Of a stretch of DNA of 64,000 bases, positions 8,721 through 18,543 are shown piece after piece (position 1 is the first letter of the stretch; every line of letters starts with the position of its first letter). The notes beneath the pieces are model-generated. The model was not told the origin of the DNA. It did not search any database and was given only the letters and a program-made list of their open reading frames with translations. The DNA is taken from assembly GCA_963736255.1 (NCBI GenBank), contig CAVTOI010000003.1, forward strand, positions 1,300,400 through 1,364,399, written 5' to 3'. The DNA is from Candidatus Aminicenantes bacterium (GTDB taxonomy: Bacteria; Acidobacteriota; Aminicenantia; Aminicenantales; Saccharicenantaceae). Made by a program: the position numbers and the translations under genes.

Positions 8721-9779
8721 ATGAGCGGGCGTCAAAAAGGGTTTTTTATCCTCTTGGTTGCCGGATTGATCGGCATGCTTGGGCTTTCGGCCTGCGGGGC
8801 CAAGGAAGAGCCCGACGACACGACACCCAAACCCTACACCTGCAGCGGGACGCCGGCGACCTGCCTGAGGCTCGGCAGCGGCTGGACCTACGAGGGCGTG
8901 AGCCTGAGCATGGGCCAGACCGGGAACGGCGGATCCGACCCCGTCGCGATCCGGCTTGATGACGGTCGCACCCGGATCTATTATGCGGTCGCCGACACCC
9001 CGAACGATCCCGATTGGTGGGGGATGGTCAGCTGGATCTCCGACGACGGTCTGAATTTCACGAAGGAAGCGGGCTATCGTTTCGAAGGATATACTCTCTT
9101 CGGGCACTGGATCATTCTCAACCCCGACGGCTCTTACCGTATGTACTGGCTCGATCAAAAGCAGGGGCAGGTCAACGCCAGGGGCTATAAGGCCATCAAG
9201 AGCGCCCTATCCACGGACGGCGGCTGGACCTTTGTCGGGGAGCCGGGAGAGAGGCTGATCTTTTCAGGCACGGGATACGAGACAAATGGGATCGGAGTCG
9301 GCCGGGTCCTTTTGCTCGCCGACGGCCGATTCCGGATGTACTATGGCGGAACGAGCGACTATGTCCGGGTTTTAAGCGCCGTATCGACCGACGGCCTGAG
9401 CTTTATACGGGAAGACGGCGTCCGGCTCGACAAGCTTTGCCCGGCGGAAGGCGGTGCTCCGGGCGTGACCCCCGTCATCGACGCGCGGGGCGCGACGCAC
9501 ACTTTCCTATGGGGAACGCGATGCACGGGCAATTATGTGAATTCCAAAGCGGGCCTTTTCGACGGCACGACGGCCGACGGTCTGACCCTGGCTATCGCCG
9601 CCTCGCCTTTCGTCCAGGGCTATTCCAAAGACGGGACCATGAGTACCGTGGTCGGGCCACAGGACCACACCGTCGTCCAGACGCCCCAAGGCCTCAGGGT
9701 CTATTTCATCCTGTACGGGCCGGGCGGGATCGTCTCCGAGACGGCCCTCTACAGCGTGATCAATACGTCGATCAAGTGA
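8721..9779 (+). CDS. Predicted lipoprotein, beta-propeller/glycoside-hydrolase-like fold (unknown function)
   Basis: RBS GGAGGT then ATG 8721; lipobox LGLSAC; repeated ...G.R.YY... blade-like segments; family assignment (GH32/43/130-like) is tentative. Confidence 0.5.
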   Translation: MSGRQKGFFILLVAGLIGMLGLSACGAKEEPDDTTPKPYTCSGTPATCLRLGSGWTYEGVSLSMGQTGNGGSDPVAIRLDDGRTRIYYAVADTPNDPDWWGMVSWISDDGLNFTKEAGYRFEGYTLFGHWIILNPDGSYRMYWLDQKQGQVNARGYKAIKSALSTDGGWTFVGEPGERLIFSGTGYETNGIGVGRVLLLADGRFRMYYGGTSDYVRVLSAVSTDGLSFIREDGVRLDKLCPAEGGAPGVTPVIDARGATHTFLWGTRCTGNYVNSKAGLFDGTTADGLTLAIAASPFVQGYSKDGTMSTVVGPQDHTVVQTPQGLRVYFILYGPGGIVSETALYSVINTSIK

Positions 9780-9900
9780 GCCGCCGCGGTCTGGAGCCGT
9801 ACCCGTTGGCTTGATTCGGGGACCCGAAAACGCTAAACTGGCCCCGTCATCGCATGAGGCTCGTCCCCGCGGCCGCGCTCCGGCCCATCGAGGAGGAAGG

Positions 9901-10608
9901 ATGTCCAAGATAGACCGTCCGTTCGACGAAGAGCTGAAGAATCTCAAGGAGAAGCTCCTCGAGATGGGCGCCCGGGCCGAGGAGCAGATCACCCTGGCCG
10001 TCCGGGGGCTCAAGGACCGCGAAGAGAAGATGGCCTGCCAGGTCCTCGATCGGGAGGAGGCCATCAACTGCCTGGACATCGAGATCGATGAGATGTGCAT
10101 GCACATGCTGGCCCTGCGCCAGCCCATGGCCACGGACCTGCGGTTCATCACCTCGGCCATGAAGATCAGCAGCGACCTCGAGCGCATCGGTGACCTGGCC
10201 GTGAACATCGCCGAGCGGACGATCGACCTTCTCAAGCAGCCGGAGCTCAAGCCCCTGATCGACATTCCCCGCATGGCCGGATTGGCCCAGGTGATGGTCC
10301 GGGACGCCCTCAACGCGTTCATCAACCGGGACGACGCTCTGGCCCGGGACGTCTGTCTGAGGGACGACCAGGTCGATCAGCTCGAAAACCAGGTCTTCAG
10401 AGAGCTCCTGACCTACATGATGCAGGACGCGGGGACGATATCGGTCGCCGTCGACCTCATCCTCGTCGGCCGCCACCTCGAGCGCATCGCCGATCATGCC
10501 ACGAACATCGGCGAGGACGTCATCTACATGGTCCGCGGCAAGACGATCAAGCATCACATCGAGGAGGGACGGGCCACCGGCCTCAAGGGCTGCGCCGGCG
10601 GCGAATGA
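9901..10608 (+). CDS. phoU: Phosphate signalling complex protein PhoU
   Basis: RBS AGGAGGAAGG then ATG 9901; PhoU two-repeat architecture (E..D...D motifs; ...DLAVNIAERTI... and ...IADHATNIGEDVIYMV...). Confidence 0.85.
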   Translation: MSKIDRPFDEELKNLKEKLLEMGARAEEQITLAVRGLKDREEKMACQVLDREEAINCLDIEIDEMCMHMLALRQPMATDLRFITSAMKISSDLERIGDLAVNIAERTIDLLKQPELKPLIDIPRMAGLAQVMVRDALNAFINRDDALARDVCLRDDQVDQLENQVFRELLTYMMQDAGTISVAVDLILVGRHLERIADHATNIGEDVIYMVRGKTIKHHIEEGRATGLKGCAGGE

Positions 10609-10617
10609 CCGCCGGCG

Positions 10618-11355
10618 TCAGCTGAGCTTGCGGATCCTGACCTCGATGCCGTTTTCCCCCTTCAGGAGCTTGACCAGCCTGGACGTGTCCGTATCTCCGG
10701 TGTGATAGGGATAGAGGACTTTTGGCCGGAAGGCCCGGGCCGCATCGGCGACCTGCTCGGGGGACATGGTGTAAGGCAGGTTCATCGGCAGGAAAGCGAC
10801 GTCTATCGAGGACAGGGCCTTCATCTCCGGCGTGTCCTCCGTGTCGCCCGCGATGTAGACGCGCTTGTCGCCGAAGGTGACGACGTAGCCGTTGCCGCCG
10901 CCCTTGGGATGGAAGGGGCTTCCGTCCGGCCTCTTGTGGGCGATATTGTAGGCCGGAACGGCCTCGATCGCCAGACCCAGAACGGTGCGGCTTTCGCCGT
11001 TGGCCATGATGACGGCCCCCGGGAGCTTGGGGGCGCAGGACTTGGAGGCGACGATCGCCGTATCCGGTTTGAGGATGGCCTTGAGGGCTTTGGGGTCCAG
11101 ATGGTCGAAATGCTCGTGGGTCACCAGGACGAGATCGGCCTTGGGGAGTGTCCCGTAATCGGCGACGTCGCCGTACGGGTCGACGTGGATCGTCTTTCCG
11201 CCAAAGGCCATCATCAGCGTCCCGTGGCCGAGGAAGGTGATCTCGAGATCGCCCTTGGCGGTCGGGACGACGTCCTTCTCGAACTTCATCTGGCCGGCGG
11301 CGAATCCGGCCAGGCCCAGGACCAGGAACAGGACCGGCAGGGCGAGCTTGCTCAT
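10618..11355 (-). CDS. Secreted MBL-fold metallo-hydrolase
   Basis: Signal peptide MSKLALPVLFLVLGLAGFAAG after RBS GGAGG; metallo-beta-lactamase motif LVTHEHFDHLD. Confidence 0.8.
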   Translation of the reverse strand: MSKLALPVLFLVLGLAGFAAGQMKFEKDVVPTAKGDLEITFLGHGTLMMAFGGKTIHVDPYGDVADYGTLPKADLVLVTHEHFDHLDPKALKAILKPDTAIVASKSCAPKLPGAVIMANGESRTVLGLAIEAVPAYNIAHKRPDGSPFHPKGGGNGYVVTFGDKRVYIAGDTEDTPEMKALSSIDVAFLPMNLPYTMSPEQVADAARAFRPKVLYPYHTGDTDTSRLVKLLKGENGIEVRIRKLS

Positions 11356-11433
11356 GATGACCTCCTCCAATAAAGACGATGCCAAAAGGCCGGCTTTCCA
11401 TTATAATATCGCCTTGAAAGGAGCCCGGCAAGG

Positions 11434-12489
11434 GTGTCCCGAAGAATGAAGAGGACGCTGTTCCTTCGGATCTTCCTGGGCTACGTCGCCGTCATAGCCC
11501 TCCTGGCCACGGGGGTCATGATCTTCGCCCCCCCGCTCATGCGGACGCACCACATCGCGGAGCGCTCCGCGAGCCTCGACCACATGGCCCTCGTTCTCGA
11601 AGGGCAGGTCGTCCCTTACCTCACCGGCGCGGGAACGGGGGACCTGGCCCGTCTCATCACCTCCCTCGGCCGCCAAACGGGCACGAGGATCACGGTCCTC
11701 GACATGGCCGGCGACGTCCTGGCCGATTCGGAGAAGGAAGCCCGGGACATGGAGAACCACTTCTTCAGGCCGGAGATCCAGGCTTCCCTCAGGGGCGAGA
11801 AGCAGATGTCCATCCGGCTCAGCTCCACGCTCAAGGCCACCATGATGTACATGAGCGTCCCCCTCAAGGCCGGCGGCCGGGTCGTCGGGGCCCTCCGCTT
11901 GAGCTATTTCATGAAGGACTTCCAGGTCCTCATGGCCGCCCTTCGGGCCGATCTGCTGAAGGTCGTCGGCGTCGTGACCCTGATCGCGCTCGTCCTGGCG
12001 TTCTTCCTCGCGAGATCGGAGGCGGCGCCTCTCCGCGAGGTCATCGATGCGTCGACGCGGGTGGCGGCAGGAGATTTCGACGTCTCCGTCTCGACGCGGC
12101 GGAAAGGGGAGTTCAAGGGATTCGCCCACAGCTTCAACGCCATGTCCGGACGGCTCAAGGCCATGTTCGGGGAGATCCGGCTGCAGAACGAAGAGATCCT
12201 CGGCATCCTGGCCTCCGTCCAGGAAGGACTCTGCGTCATCGATCAGGATGCGCGGATCGTCGTCTGCAACGCGAGCTTCCGCCGGATCGCCGGCCGGGAG
12301 GCCCCGGATGGCCTTCATTTCTGGGAAGTGGTCCGCAGCTCGGCCGCGGCGGAGGCCGTACGGAAAGCCCGGGAAACGGGCGCCGAGGCGGCGGTGCAGG
12401 CGGCCATCGGCGAAATCACGTACTCGATGACCGTCACGCCATTGGCCCAAGGCGGCCGCTTCGTCGTGTCCCTTCACGAAACCGCCTGA
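11434..12489 (+). CDS. Membrane sensor protein with HAMP and PAS domains but no kinase/output domain
   Basis: N-terminal TM, periplasmic-like region, second TM, HAMP (LREVIDASTRVAAGDFDVSV), PAS (ILASVQEGLCVIDQDARIVVCN...); ORF ends after the PAS domain with no DHp/HATPase. Confidence 0.6.
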   Translation: MSRRMKRTLFLRIFLGYVAVIALLATGVMIFAPPLMRTHHIAERSASLDHMALVLEGQVVPYLTGAGTGDLARLITSLGRQTGTRITVLDMAGDVLADSEKEARDMENHFFRPEIQASLRGEKQMSIRLSSTLKATMMYMSVPLKAGGRVVGALRLSYFMKDFQVLMAALRADLLKVVGVVTLIALVLAFFLARSEAAPLREVIDASTRVAAGDFDVSVSTRRKGEFKGFAHSFNAMSGRLKAMFGEIRLQNEEILGILASVQEGLCVIDQDARIVVCNASFRRIAGREAPDGLHFWEVVRSSAAAEAVRKARETGAEAAVQAAIGEITYSMTVTPLAQGGRFVVSLHETA

Positions 12490-12522
12490 ACCCGGCCTCA
12501 AGCCGCCCCCGCTCGACGACAA

Positions 12523-13659
12523 TCAGCTGGATTCGCCCGGAAAGCGCCAGGGGCAGGGGGAAAGCGCGAGCTCCTTGTCCGGGATCCCGTCCGGATGGTC
12601 GGCCACGCAGGTCTCGGGGTCGCAGCATGTCTGGCAGACGCGCTTGAAGGCCCGGAAGCCGAGGAGCTTGACGCGGGGGCTCAGGAAGTCCTTCTTGACG
12701 GCCTCTTCCCGGAGCAGGTCCGTGCTCAAGTATTTCTTGTTGTCGTCGGACAGGACCGTGACCACGACCGCGTCACGGCCGAGCTCGTTCTGGGCCATCA
12801 GCGCGCCCAGGATGTTGGCCCCGGACGAGATGCCCACGGCCACCCCGATCTCGCCGGCGAGCTTCTGGGCCATGATGATCGAGTCGCCATCGTCGACGGA
12901 GACGACGCGGTCGAGCTTGGCCAAGTCGATGATGGGGGGAATGAACTCGTCGCTGATGCCCTGGATGCGGTGCTTCCCGACCTTGTGCCCGGTGGACATC
13001 GTCGGCGAGTTGGAGGGCTCGAGGGGATAAAGCTTGACCGAAGGGTTCTTCTGCTTCAGGAAGCGGCCCGTACCCATGATCGTCCCGCCCGTGCCCACGC
13101 CGGCGATGAAGGCGTCGGGCCGCAGGCCCTGCCAGCGGAGCTGCCACCAGATCTCGGGCCCCGTTGTCCGATAATGGGCGTCGACATTGTCCTCGTTGGA
13201 GAACTGCCGCGGCAGGAACGAGCTTTCGAGCGAGGCAGCGTACTCCTCGGAGAGCCTGATGCTGCCCAGGAACCCGCCTTCCTCCTTCGAGACGAGGCGG
13301 ACATGGGCGCCGAGGCACCGGATGAGGTCTTTGCGCTCCTGGCTCATCCAGTCGGGCATAAAGATGGTCACGGGATGCCCGAGGGCCCGTCCGAAGGCCG
13401 CGAAGGCAATGCCGGTGTTGCCGCTCGTCGCCTCGATGATCGTCGCCCCCGGCTTGAGGGTGCCCCGCTCATAGCCGCGACGGATGACATGATATGCCAT
13501 CCGGTCCTTGATGCTGCCGGTCATGTTGAGATTCTCGGCCTTGGCATAGATGACGCGCCGTTCGCCGTCGAAGCTCAGGTCTATGGCGAGGAGGGGAGTG
13601 TTGCCCGTCCAGTGTCCAAGTCCGTTCAGTCTCGCGTTGAGGATGTCTTCTGTTTTCAT
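12523..13659 (-). CDS. PLP-dependent cysteine synthase/CBS-family enzyme with Cys-rich C-terminal extension
   Basis: RBS GGAGG before MKTEDIL...; PLP-lysine motif (TGSIKDR), glycine loop ([10 protein letters not shown]); C-terminal ~60 aa with [10 protein letters not shown]...C..C cluster. Confidence 0.75.
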   Translation of the reverse strand: MKTEDILNARLNGLGHWTGNTPLLAIDLSFDGERRVIYAKAENLNMTGSIKDRMAYHVIRRGYERGTLKPGATIIEATSGNTGIAFAAFGRALGHPVTIFMPDWMSQERKDLIRCLGAHVRLVSKEEGGFLGSIRLSEEYAASLESSFLPRQFSNEDNVDAHYRTTGPEIWWQLRWQGLRPDAFIAGVGTGGTIMGTGRFLKQKNPSVKLYPLEPSNSPTMSTGHKVGKHRIQGISDEFIPPIIDLAKLDRVVSVDDGDSIIMAQKLAGEIGVAVGISSGANILGALMAQNELGRDAVVVTVLSDDNKKYLSTDLLREEAVKKDFLSPRVKLLGFRAFKRVCQTCCDPETCVADHPDGIPDKELALSPCPWRFPGESS

Positions 13660-13762
13660 GGCCTCCCAATTATAGAGGAACTCCGGGCTTCGGGCAACGG
13701 CGGTACGAGGTGCGGATTGCGCGGCATCGCGAATCGGATAGAATAGGGGGGTCATAAAGGCC

Positions 13763-14257
13763 ATGACCTACTATCTCAGCCTCGGCAGCAACCTGGGGCG
13801 ACGGACGGCGAACCTGGCCCGGGCCCGGAGACTTCTGGCCGCCGCCGGCGTCGAGATCCTCAGGGAGTCGTCCGTCTACGAAACAGAACCAGTGGATTAC
13901 CGGGATCAACCCTGGTTCCTGAACCAGGTCCTCGAGGTCCGGACGGCGCTCGACCCGCCGGGGCTCCTCCGCCTGGCGAAATCCGTCGAAGCCGGCCTGA
14001 AACGCGTTCCGACTTTCGCCAAAGGCCCGCGGACGATCGATATCGACATCCTGCTCGCGGGCGACCTGGTGGTCGATACGCCGGGCCTGGTCATCCCGCA
14101 TCCCCGGCTCCACCTGAGGAACTTCGTCCTGGTGCCCCTGAGCGAGCTCGCCGCCCGGGTCATCCATCCCGTCCTGGGCAGGAGCGTCGGGGAGCTGGCC
14201 CAGGCGTCCGCCGACCCCTGCCTGGTGAAAAGGACAAGCCCCGGAGGGCGGCCATAG
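13763..14257 (+). CDS. folK: 2-amino-4-hydroxy-6-hydroxymethyldihydropteridine pyrophosphokinase (HPPK)
   Basis: [12 protein letters not shown]...YETEPV...RTIDIDIL...PHPRL motifs typical of FolK. Confidence 0.9.
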   Translation: MTYYLSLGSNLGRRTANLARARRLLAAAGVEILRESSVYETEPVDYRDQPWFLNQVLEVRTALDPPGLLRLAKSVEAGLKRVPTFAKGPRTIDIDILLAGDLVVDTPGLVIPHPRLHLRNFVLVPLSELAARVIHPVLGRSVGELAQASADPCLVKRTSPGGRP

Positions 14258-14325
14258 CCGCGAGGGCCGCCCGGGCTGGGAAGAAACCGGGCCTCCCCCG
14301 CGTCTAATTGGCAACGGAGATGACC

Positions 14326-16557
14326 ATGCGCAAGCCTGTTTTCGTTTGCCTCCTTTCTTGCGTTTTTTGCGTACTGTTCGCGGCCGCCATTCCGGTCCGG
14401 GCCGCCGAAGTCCGGGGGACGGTCGTCGGGGGTGTCCAGAATCCCGTCCCCAACGCGGTCGTCCTGCATCGGGCGAGCGGCCTCAAAGCGGCAACGGACG
14501 CCGAGGGGCGCTTTGTCCTCGACATCCCGGACACCGGCCGGATCGTTCTCGAGGTCGTCCACCCGGATTATTACGAGCGCGAGTTCCTGCTCGGGCCCAA
14601 GGAGCTTGGCCGGCCGATCGTCCTCGTTCTCGCGCCGCTCATCAAGCAGAGCGAGGAAGTCGTGGTCACGGCCCTGCGCTATCCCGAGTCTTCGCTCCAG
14701 GTCCCCGCGGCCAGCACGGTCGTCTCCGGCGAGACGCTCGCCGACAAGCTGGTCCCCAATATCAACGACGGCTTGCAGGACGTCCCCGGAGTGGGAGCGC
14801 TCGGCACTGCCGGATTCTCGCTCGTCCCGTCCGTCCGGGGATTGGCCCGGCGACGGGTCCTCTACCTTGTCGACGGCGCCCGGCTCGAAAGCGACCGCCG
14901 GACGGGGCCCAACGCGTCGTTCGTCAGCCCCGAGGATATCGAGCGCGTCGAGGTCCTGCGGAGCGCCTCGTCGGTCTTCTACGGTTCGGACGCCATCGGC
15001 GGGGTCATCCATCTCATGACCCGCTCGCCCCGATTCGACGGCGGGATGCACGGACGGTTCCAGGCGGGATACGGAACGACGAACGGGGAGAAGCGAATCG
15101 GCTTGGGGCTCGAGGGTTCGTCCGGGCCGTGGGCTTTCCTGCTCTCTTTTCAATATGCGGACGCAGGCCTGTACCGCGCCCCGGGAGGGACGCAGGTCCT
15201 CCAGTCCCAATACACGCAGGGGAGCCTGCTGGCCAAAGCCGCCTACCGGACGGACAAGCGTGAGATCGATCTCAGTCTTCTCGCCGCCCGCGGGACGGAC
15301 ATCGGCAAGCCCAACAGCACGGCGGCCACCAAGCCGACCTGGTATCCGAGGGAGAACCAGAACCTCATCCAGGCCCATTGGACGGAGAAGAACGTCGGCA
15401 AGGACGGGGAGATCCACGTTCAGGCCTTCGCCAATCCCAATTTCCTGGAAACGCTGACCGACACCTATAGCGGCTTCCTGACCAAAGAATCCTATGCCAA
15501 GACCGACAGCACGGAATTCGGCGTCCAGGCCTCGTATTCGAAAAAGGTCGCGCCGTCGCTGCGGCTGGAAGGCGGCCTCGACTACTTCGGACGGACCGGC
15601 GCCCACGCTTTCAATTCCACCACCTCTTATGACGAATTCGGGGCCGTCACGTCAGTGCAGGAGGAATACCCTTACGACACCGCGAGCCGGGGCGATCTCG
15701 GCGCTTTCCTCTCCGCGGATTTCTCCGGTATCGAACGCCTCGATATCCTCGGCGGCGTGCGCTACGACCTGCTGCAGATGAGGGCCGAACCCCATCAGGG
15801 CGAGATCGGCACCCCGGAAATCCGGCCGATCCTGACCAAGGATGAGCAGCCGACCGGCTTCCTGGCGGTTTCCTACAGGCTCGCCAGCGACCTCACGGCC
15901 TTCGTCAACGCATCCCGGGCCTATCGTCTGGCCAGCATCAACGAGCGTTTCTATACCGGCATCAGCGGCCGCGGGTTCATCATCGGCCAGCCCGACCTGA
16001 GGCCGGAGAGCAGCTTCAACCTGGACGGCGGGCTCAAGCTGCTTGGCCGCCGTTACTTCCTCGGCCTGTATGCCTTCCGCTACCGGATCGACGACATGAT
16101 CGAGCGCTACCAGCTCGATCCGACGACCTATACCTACGGGAATATCGAGCGGGGCCGCCTCCAGGGGCTCGAATTCGAAGCCGAGGCTTTTGTCCTCTCA
16201 GGCTGGAAGATCTTCGGCAACTTCGCTGCGATCCGGGGCCGAAGCCTGGCCACGGGCGAGCCCCTGAACGATGTCCCCCCCTTCCGCGTTTTCACCGGGA
16301 CGCGGTACTGGAAGGGCCGATTCTCGGCCGAGCTCAACGCGACCTTCAGCCTGGCCAAGGACGATCCGGGTCCGGCCGAGATCGCGGTCGCTTCCTCGGA
16401 GCTGGTCAACCTCAAGGCCGGCTATCTCTGGCAGGGCCTGACCTTCAGCGTCGTCCTCGGCAACGTCTTCAATACCGCCTACATCAGCCGGGCCGACAGC
16501 GACGCCATGATCGAGCCGGGGCGAAGCCTGCGGGTCGGCATCACCTACGGCTTCTAA
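14326..16557 (+). CDS. TonB-dependent outer-membrane receptor with N-terminal carboxypeptidase-regulatory-like domain
   Basis: Signal peptide, CarbopepD_reg-like segment, plug domain, long beta-barrel ending in ...ITYGF (C-terminal aromatic); likely start MRKPVF (table ORF starts 18 nt earlier at an alternative codon). Confidence 0.85.
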   Translation: MRKPVFVCLLSCVFCVLFAAAIPVRAAEVRGTVVGGVQNPVPNAVVLHRASGLKAATDAEGRFVLDIPDTGRIVLEVVHPDYYEREFLLGPKELGRPIVLVLAPLIKQSEEVVVTALRYPESSLQVPAASTVVSGETLADKLVPNINDGLQDVPGVGALGTAGFSLVPSVRGLARRRVLYLVDGARLESDRRTGPNASFVSPEDIERVEVLRSASSVFYGSDAIGGVIHLMTRSPRFDGGMHGRFQAGYGTTNGEKRIGLGLEGSSGPWAFLLSFQYADAGLYRAPGGTQVLQSQYTQGSLLAKAAYRTDKREIDLSLLAARGTDIGKPNSTAATKPTWYPRENQNLIQAHWTEKNVGKDGEIHVQAFANPNFLETLTDTYSGFLTKESYAKTDSTEFGVQASYSKKVAPSLRLEGGLDYFGRTGAHAFNSTTSYDEFGAVTSVQEEYPYDTASRGDLGAFLSADFSGIERLDILGGVRYDLLQMRAEPHQGEIGTPEIRPILTKDEQPTGFLAVSYRLASDLTAFVNASRAYRLASINERFYTGISGRGFIIGQPDLRPESSFNLDGGLKLLGRRYFLGLYAFRYRIDDMIERYQLDPTTYTYGNIERGRLQGLEFEAEAFVLSGWKIFGNFAAIRGRSLATGEPLNDVPPFRVFTGTRYWKGRFSAELNATFSLAKDDPGPAEIAVASSELVNLKAGYLWQGLTFSVVLGNVFNTAYISRADSDAMIEPGRSLRVGITYGF

Positions 16558-16593
16558 CGCCGCTTTGCGGCCGGATCGGCTTGCCCGAAGGGT

Positions 16594-16646
16594 AAAAATG
16601 CCGGTCTTGGGTTTTCTTGTCTTACTGAGAAATCCGGCGTTTTTAT
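16594..16646. terminator. Bidirectional intrinsic terminator (A-run, GC stem, U-run) between convergent TonB-receptor and yraN genes
   Basis: AAAAATGCCGG...(stem-loop)...CCGGCGTTTTTAT; sits between the stop codons at 16557 (+) and 16659 (-). Confidence 0.55.
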
Positions 16647-16659
16647 GAATAGTCCAGGC
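16609..16659 (+). repeat. ~50-nt conserved terminator-associated repeat, copy 1 (second copy at 28616..28667)
   Basis: gggttttcttgtcttactgagaaatccggcgtttttatgaatagtccaggc versus gggttcttcttgtcttacggagaagcccggcgtttttatgaaaggtccaggc (~86% identity). Confidence 0.6.
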
Positions 16660-16997
16660 TAGAACGCGTCGATGAAATGCTCGAGCCGGCAATCGTCCGG
16701 GCCGCGGAAAAGAATGGCGACGACGTCGAAGCGGCAATCGACGCCGGGGCTGGGATTCGCGACGAGGTAGCCCTGGGCGATCCTGCGGATCTGCCTCTGC
16801 TTTCCGGGCGTTACCGCTTCCTCAGGCCGCCCGTGGGACTCGTCCGCCCGGGTCTTGACCTCGATGAAAACGAGGGTTTCTCCGTCGCGGGCGACGATGT
16901 CGATCTCGCCGCGGAACATCTTGAAGCGTCTGGCAAGGATGTCGTACTTCTTCCTGATGAGGTAGCGGCAGGCGATCTCCTCGCCTTCGAGCCCCAT
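16659..16997 (-). CDS. yraN: YraN-family (UPF0102) endonuclease
   Basis: MGLEGEEIACRYLIRKKYDILARRFKMFRGEIDIVARDGETLVFIEVKTR... typical of YraN; the longer table ORF (to 17177) overlaps cysS and is unlikely. Confidence 0.7.
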   Translation of the reverse strand: MGLEGEEIACRYLIRKKYDILARRFKMFRGEIDIVARDGETLVFIEVKTRADESHGRPEEAVTPGKQRQIRRIAQGYLVANPSPGVDCRFDVVAILFRGPDDCRLEHFIDAF

Positions 16998-17055
16998 GGC
17001 TTGGGTCGGTCTCTTGGGGGCGGTCACCGGCGGTCTCCCGGGCTTTTGCGACAGG

Positions 17056-18543
17056 TCAGGCCTTGGGCGGGCCGGCCTTCTTCCAGCGGACCCCGTCCTT
17101 CGTGTCCTCGAGAATGATGCCCATATCCAGGAGCTCGCGGCGGATCGCGTCGGCCCTGGCGAAGTCCTTCTCCGCACGCGCCTTCAGCCGGGCCTCGATC
17201 TTGGCTTGGACCTCGGCCTCCAGGCGCTTCTCGACATCTGAGAACTCGCCGGGAGTGACAGAGGCGTTTCCCCGAACTTGTCTCGTTACAGTGATCTTCC
17301 CCGAGGCTGCGACCGTGGACGAGGGCTTAATGGCCAGGACCGCGTCGATCTCCGTGAAGAAGGCGGCGAGCTTTGCTGCCCCGTCTTTCGAGATCTCGCC
17401 CTGGACGAGAAGGGGATTGGCGTTCTTGATCAGGGTGAACACCGCGGCCAGGGCTTCGGCGATGTTGAGGTCGTCCTCGAGCCCGGCGACAAAACCGGCC
17501 AGGGCGGCCACGATGAGCGGCTCGACGGAGGTCGTCTGTCCCGCGGTCCCCGCGAGGTCCTTGAGCTCGCCGAGGAAGTTGCCCATCCTCTGGCGCGCCG
17601 TCCTGGCCTGGTCCAGGGCCTCGAAGGTGAAGTTGAGCATCCTCCGGTAATGCGTCGAGAGGAGGAGATAGCGGACGTCGGAAGGCTCATATCCCTTGGC
17701 CAGGATGTCCGCCAGGGTGTAGAAATTGCCCTTCGATTTCGACATCTTCTCGCCGTCGACGACGAGATGGTGGCAGTGGAGCCAATAGTGGGCCAGACTG
17801 ACGCCGTTGGCCGCCTCGGATTGCGCGATCTCGTTCTCGTGGTGGGGGAAGATGTTGTCGACGCCGCCGCAATGGATGTCGAACGTGGTCCCGAGGTACT
17901 TGGCGCTCATGGCCGAGCACTCGACGTGCCAGCCCGGCCGGCCCGGGCCGATCTCGGCCTCCCAAAAGGGCTCGCCCGGCTTGGCAGCCTTCCAGAGGGC
18001 GAAGTCGTGGACGCTCTCCTTCTCATATTCGTCGGCGTCGCCGCGGGCCCCCGGCCGGCGGTCCTCGAGGTTGATCTTGGACAGGCGCCCGTAGGCGGGG
18101 TACTTGTCGATGGCGAAATAGACCGAGCCTTCCTTCTTGTAGGCGAAGCCTTTTTCGAGGAGAGTCCTGATCAGGGCGACCATCTCCGGGATGTGGGCCG
18201 TCGCCCTCGGGTATTGATCGGCCGGCAGGATGGCCAGGGTGTCGCGGTCCCGGCCGAAGGCCTCGATGAACGGCTTCGTGTACTCGTCGAGGCCCACTCC
18301 CTTGGCTTGGGCCCCCCGGATGGTCTTGTCATCGACGTCGGTGATGTTCATGACGTGGGCGACTTTGAAGCCCCGGAAGAGCAGGAAGCGCTTGAGCAGG
18401 TCCTCGAAGATGTAGGCCCGCCAGTTGCCGATATGGGGGTAATCGTAGACCGTCGGGCCGCACGTATAGAGCTTGACGTGCCCGGGCTCGATCGGGACGA
18501 AGTCCTCGACCTTGCCGCCCAAGGTGTTGTGGAACCGGATCAT
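17056..18543 (-). CDS. cysS: Cysteine--tRNA ligase
   Basis: MIRFHNTL..., HIGN (HIGH motif), KMSKS motif (GEKMSKSKGN); full length. Confidence 0.95.
   Translation of the reverse strand: MIRFHNTLGGKVEDFVPIEPGHVKLYTCGPTVYDYPHIGNWRAYIFEDLLKRFLLFRGFKVAHVMNITDVDDKTIRGAQAKGVGLDEYTKPFIEAFGRDRDTLAILPADQYPRATAHIPEMVALIRTLLEKGFAYKKEGSVYFAIDKYPAYGRLSKINLEDRRPGARGDADEYEKESVHDFALWKAAKPGEPFWEAEIGPGRPGWHVECSAMSAKYLGTTFDIHCGGVDNIFPHHENEIAQSEAANGVSLAHYWLHCHHLVVDGEKMSKSKGNFYTLADILAKGYEPSDVRYLLLSTHYRRMLNFTFEALDQARTARQRMGNFLGELKDLAGTAGQTTSVEPLIVAALAGFVAGLEDDLNIAEALAAVFTLIKNANPLLVQGEISKDGAAKLAAFFTEIDAVLAIKPSSTVAASGKITVTRQVRGNASVTPGEFSDVEKRLEAEVQAKIEARLKARAEKDFARADAIRRELLDMGIILEDTKDGVRWKKAGPPKA

Noticed and set aside
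8242-8722. ORFs 8242..8517 (+) and 8441..8722 (-) overlapping the tRNA-Asn/intron locus
   Set aside because: They run across a structurally well-supported tRNA and group I intron; no RBS and no protein similarity. The intron is too short (247 nt) to host a homing endonuclease.
13660-13764. Longer start (13764) for the cysteine-synthase-family gene
   Set aside because: It would overlap the divergent folK start codon and has no RBS. The internal ATG at 13659 is preceded by GGAGG and matches the family N-terminus.
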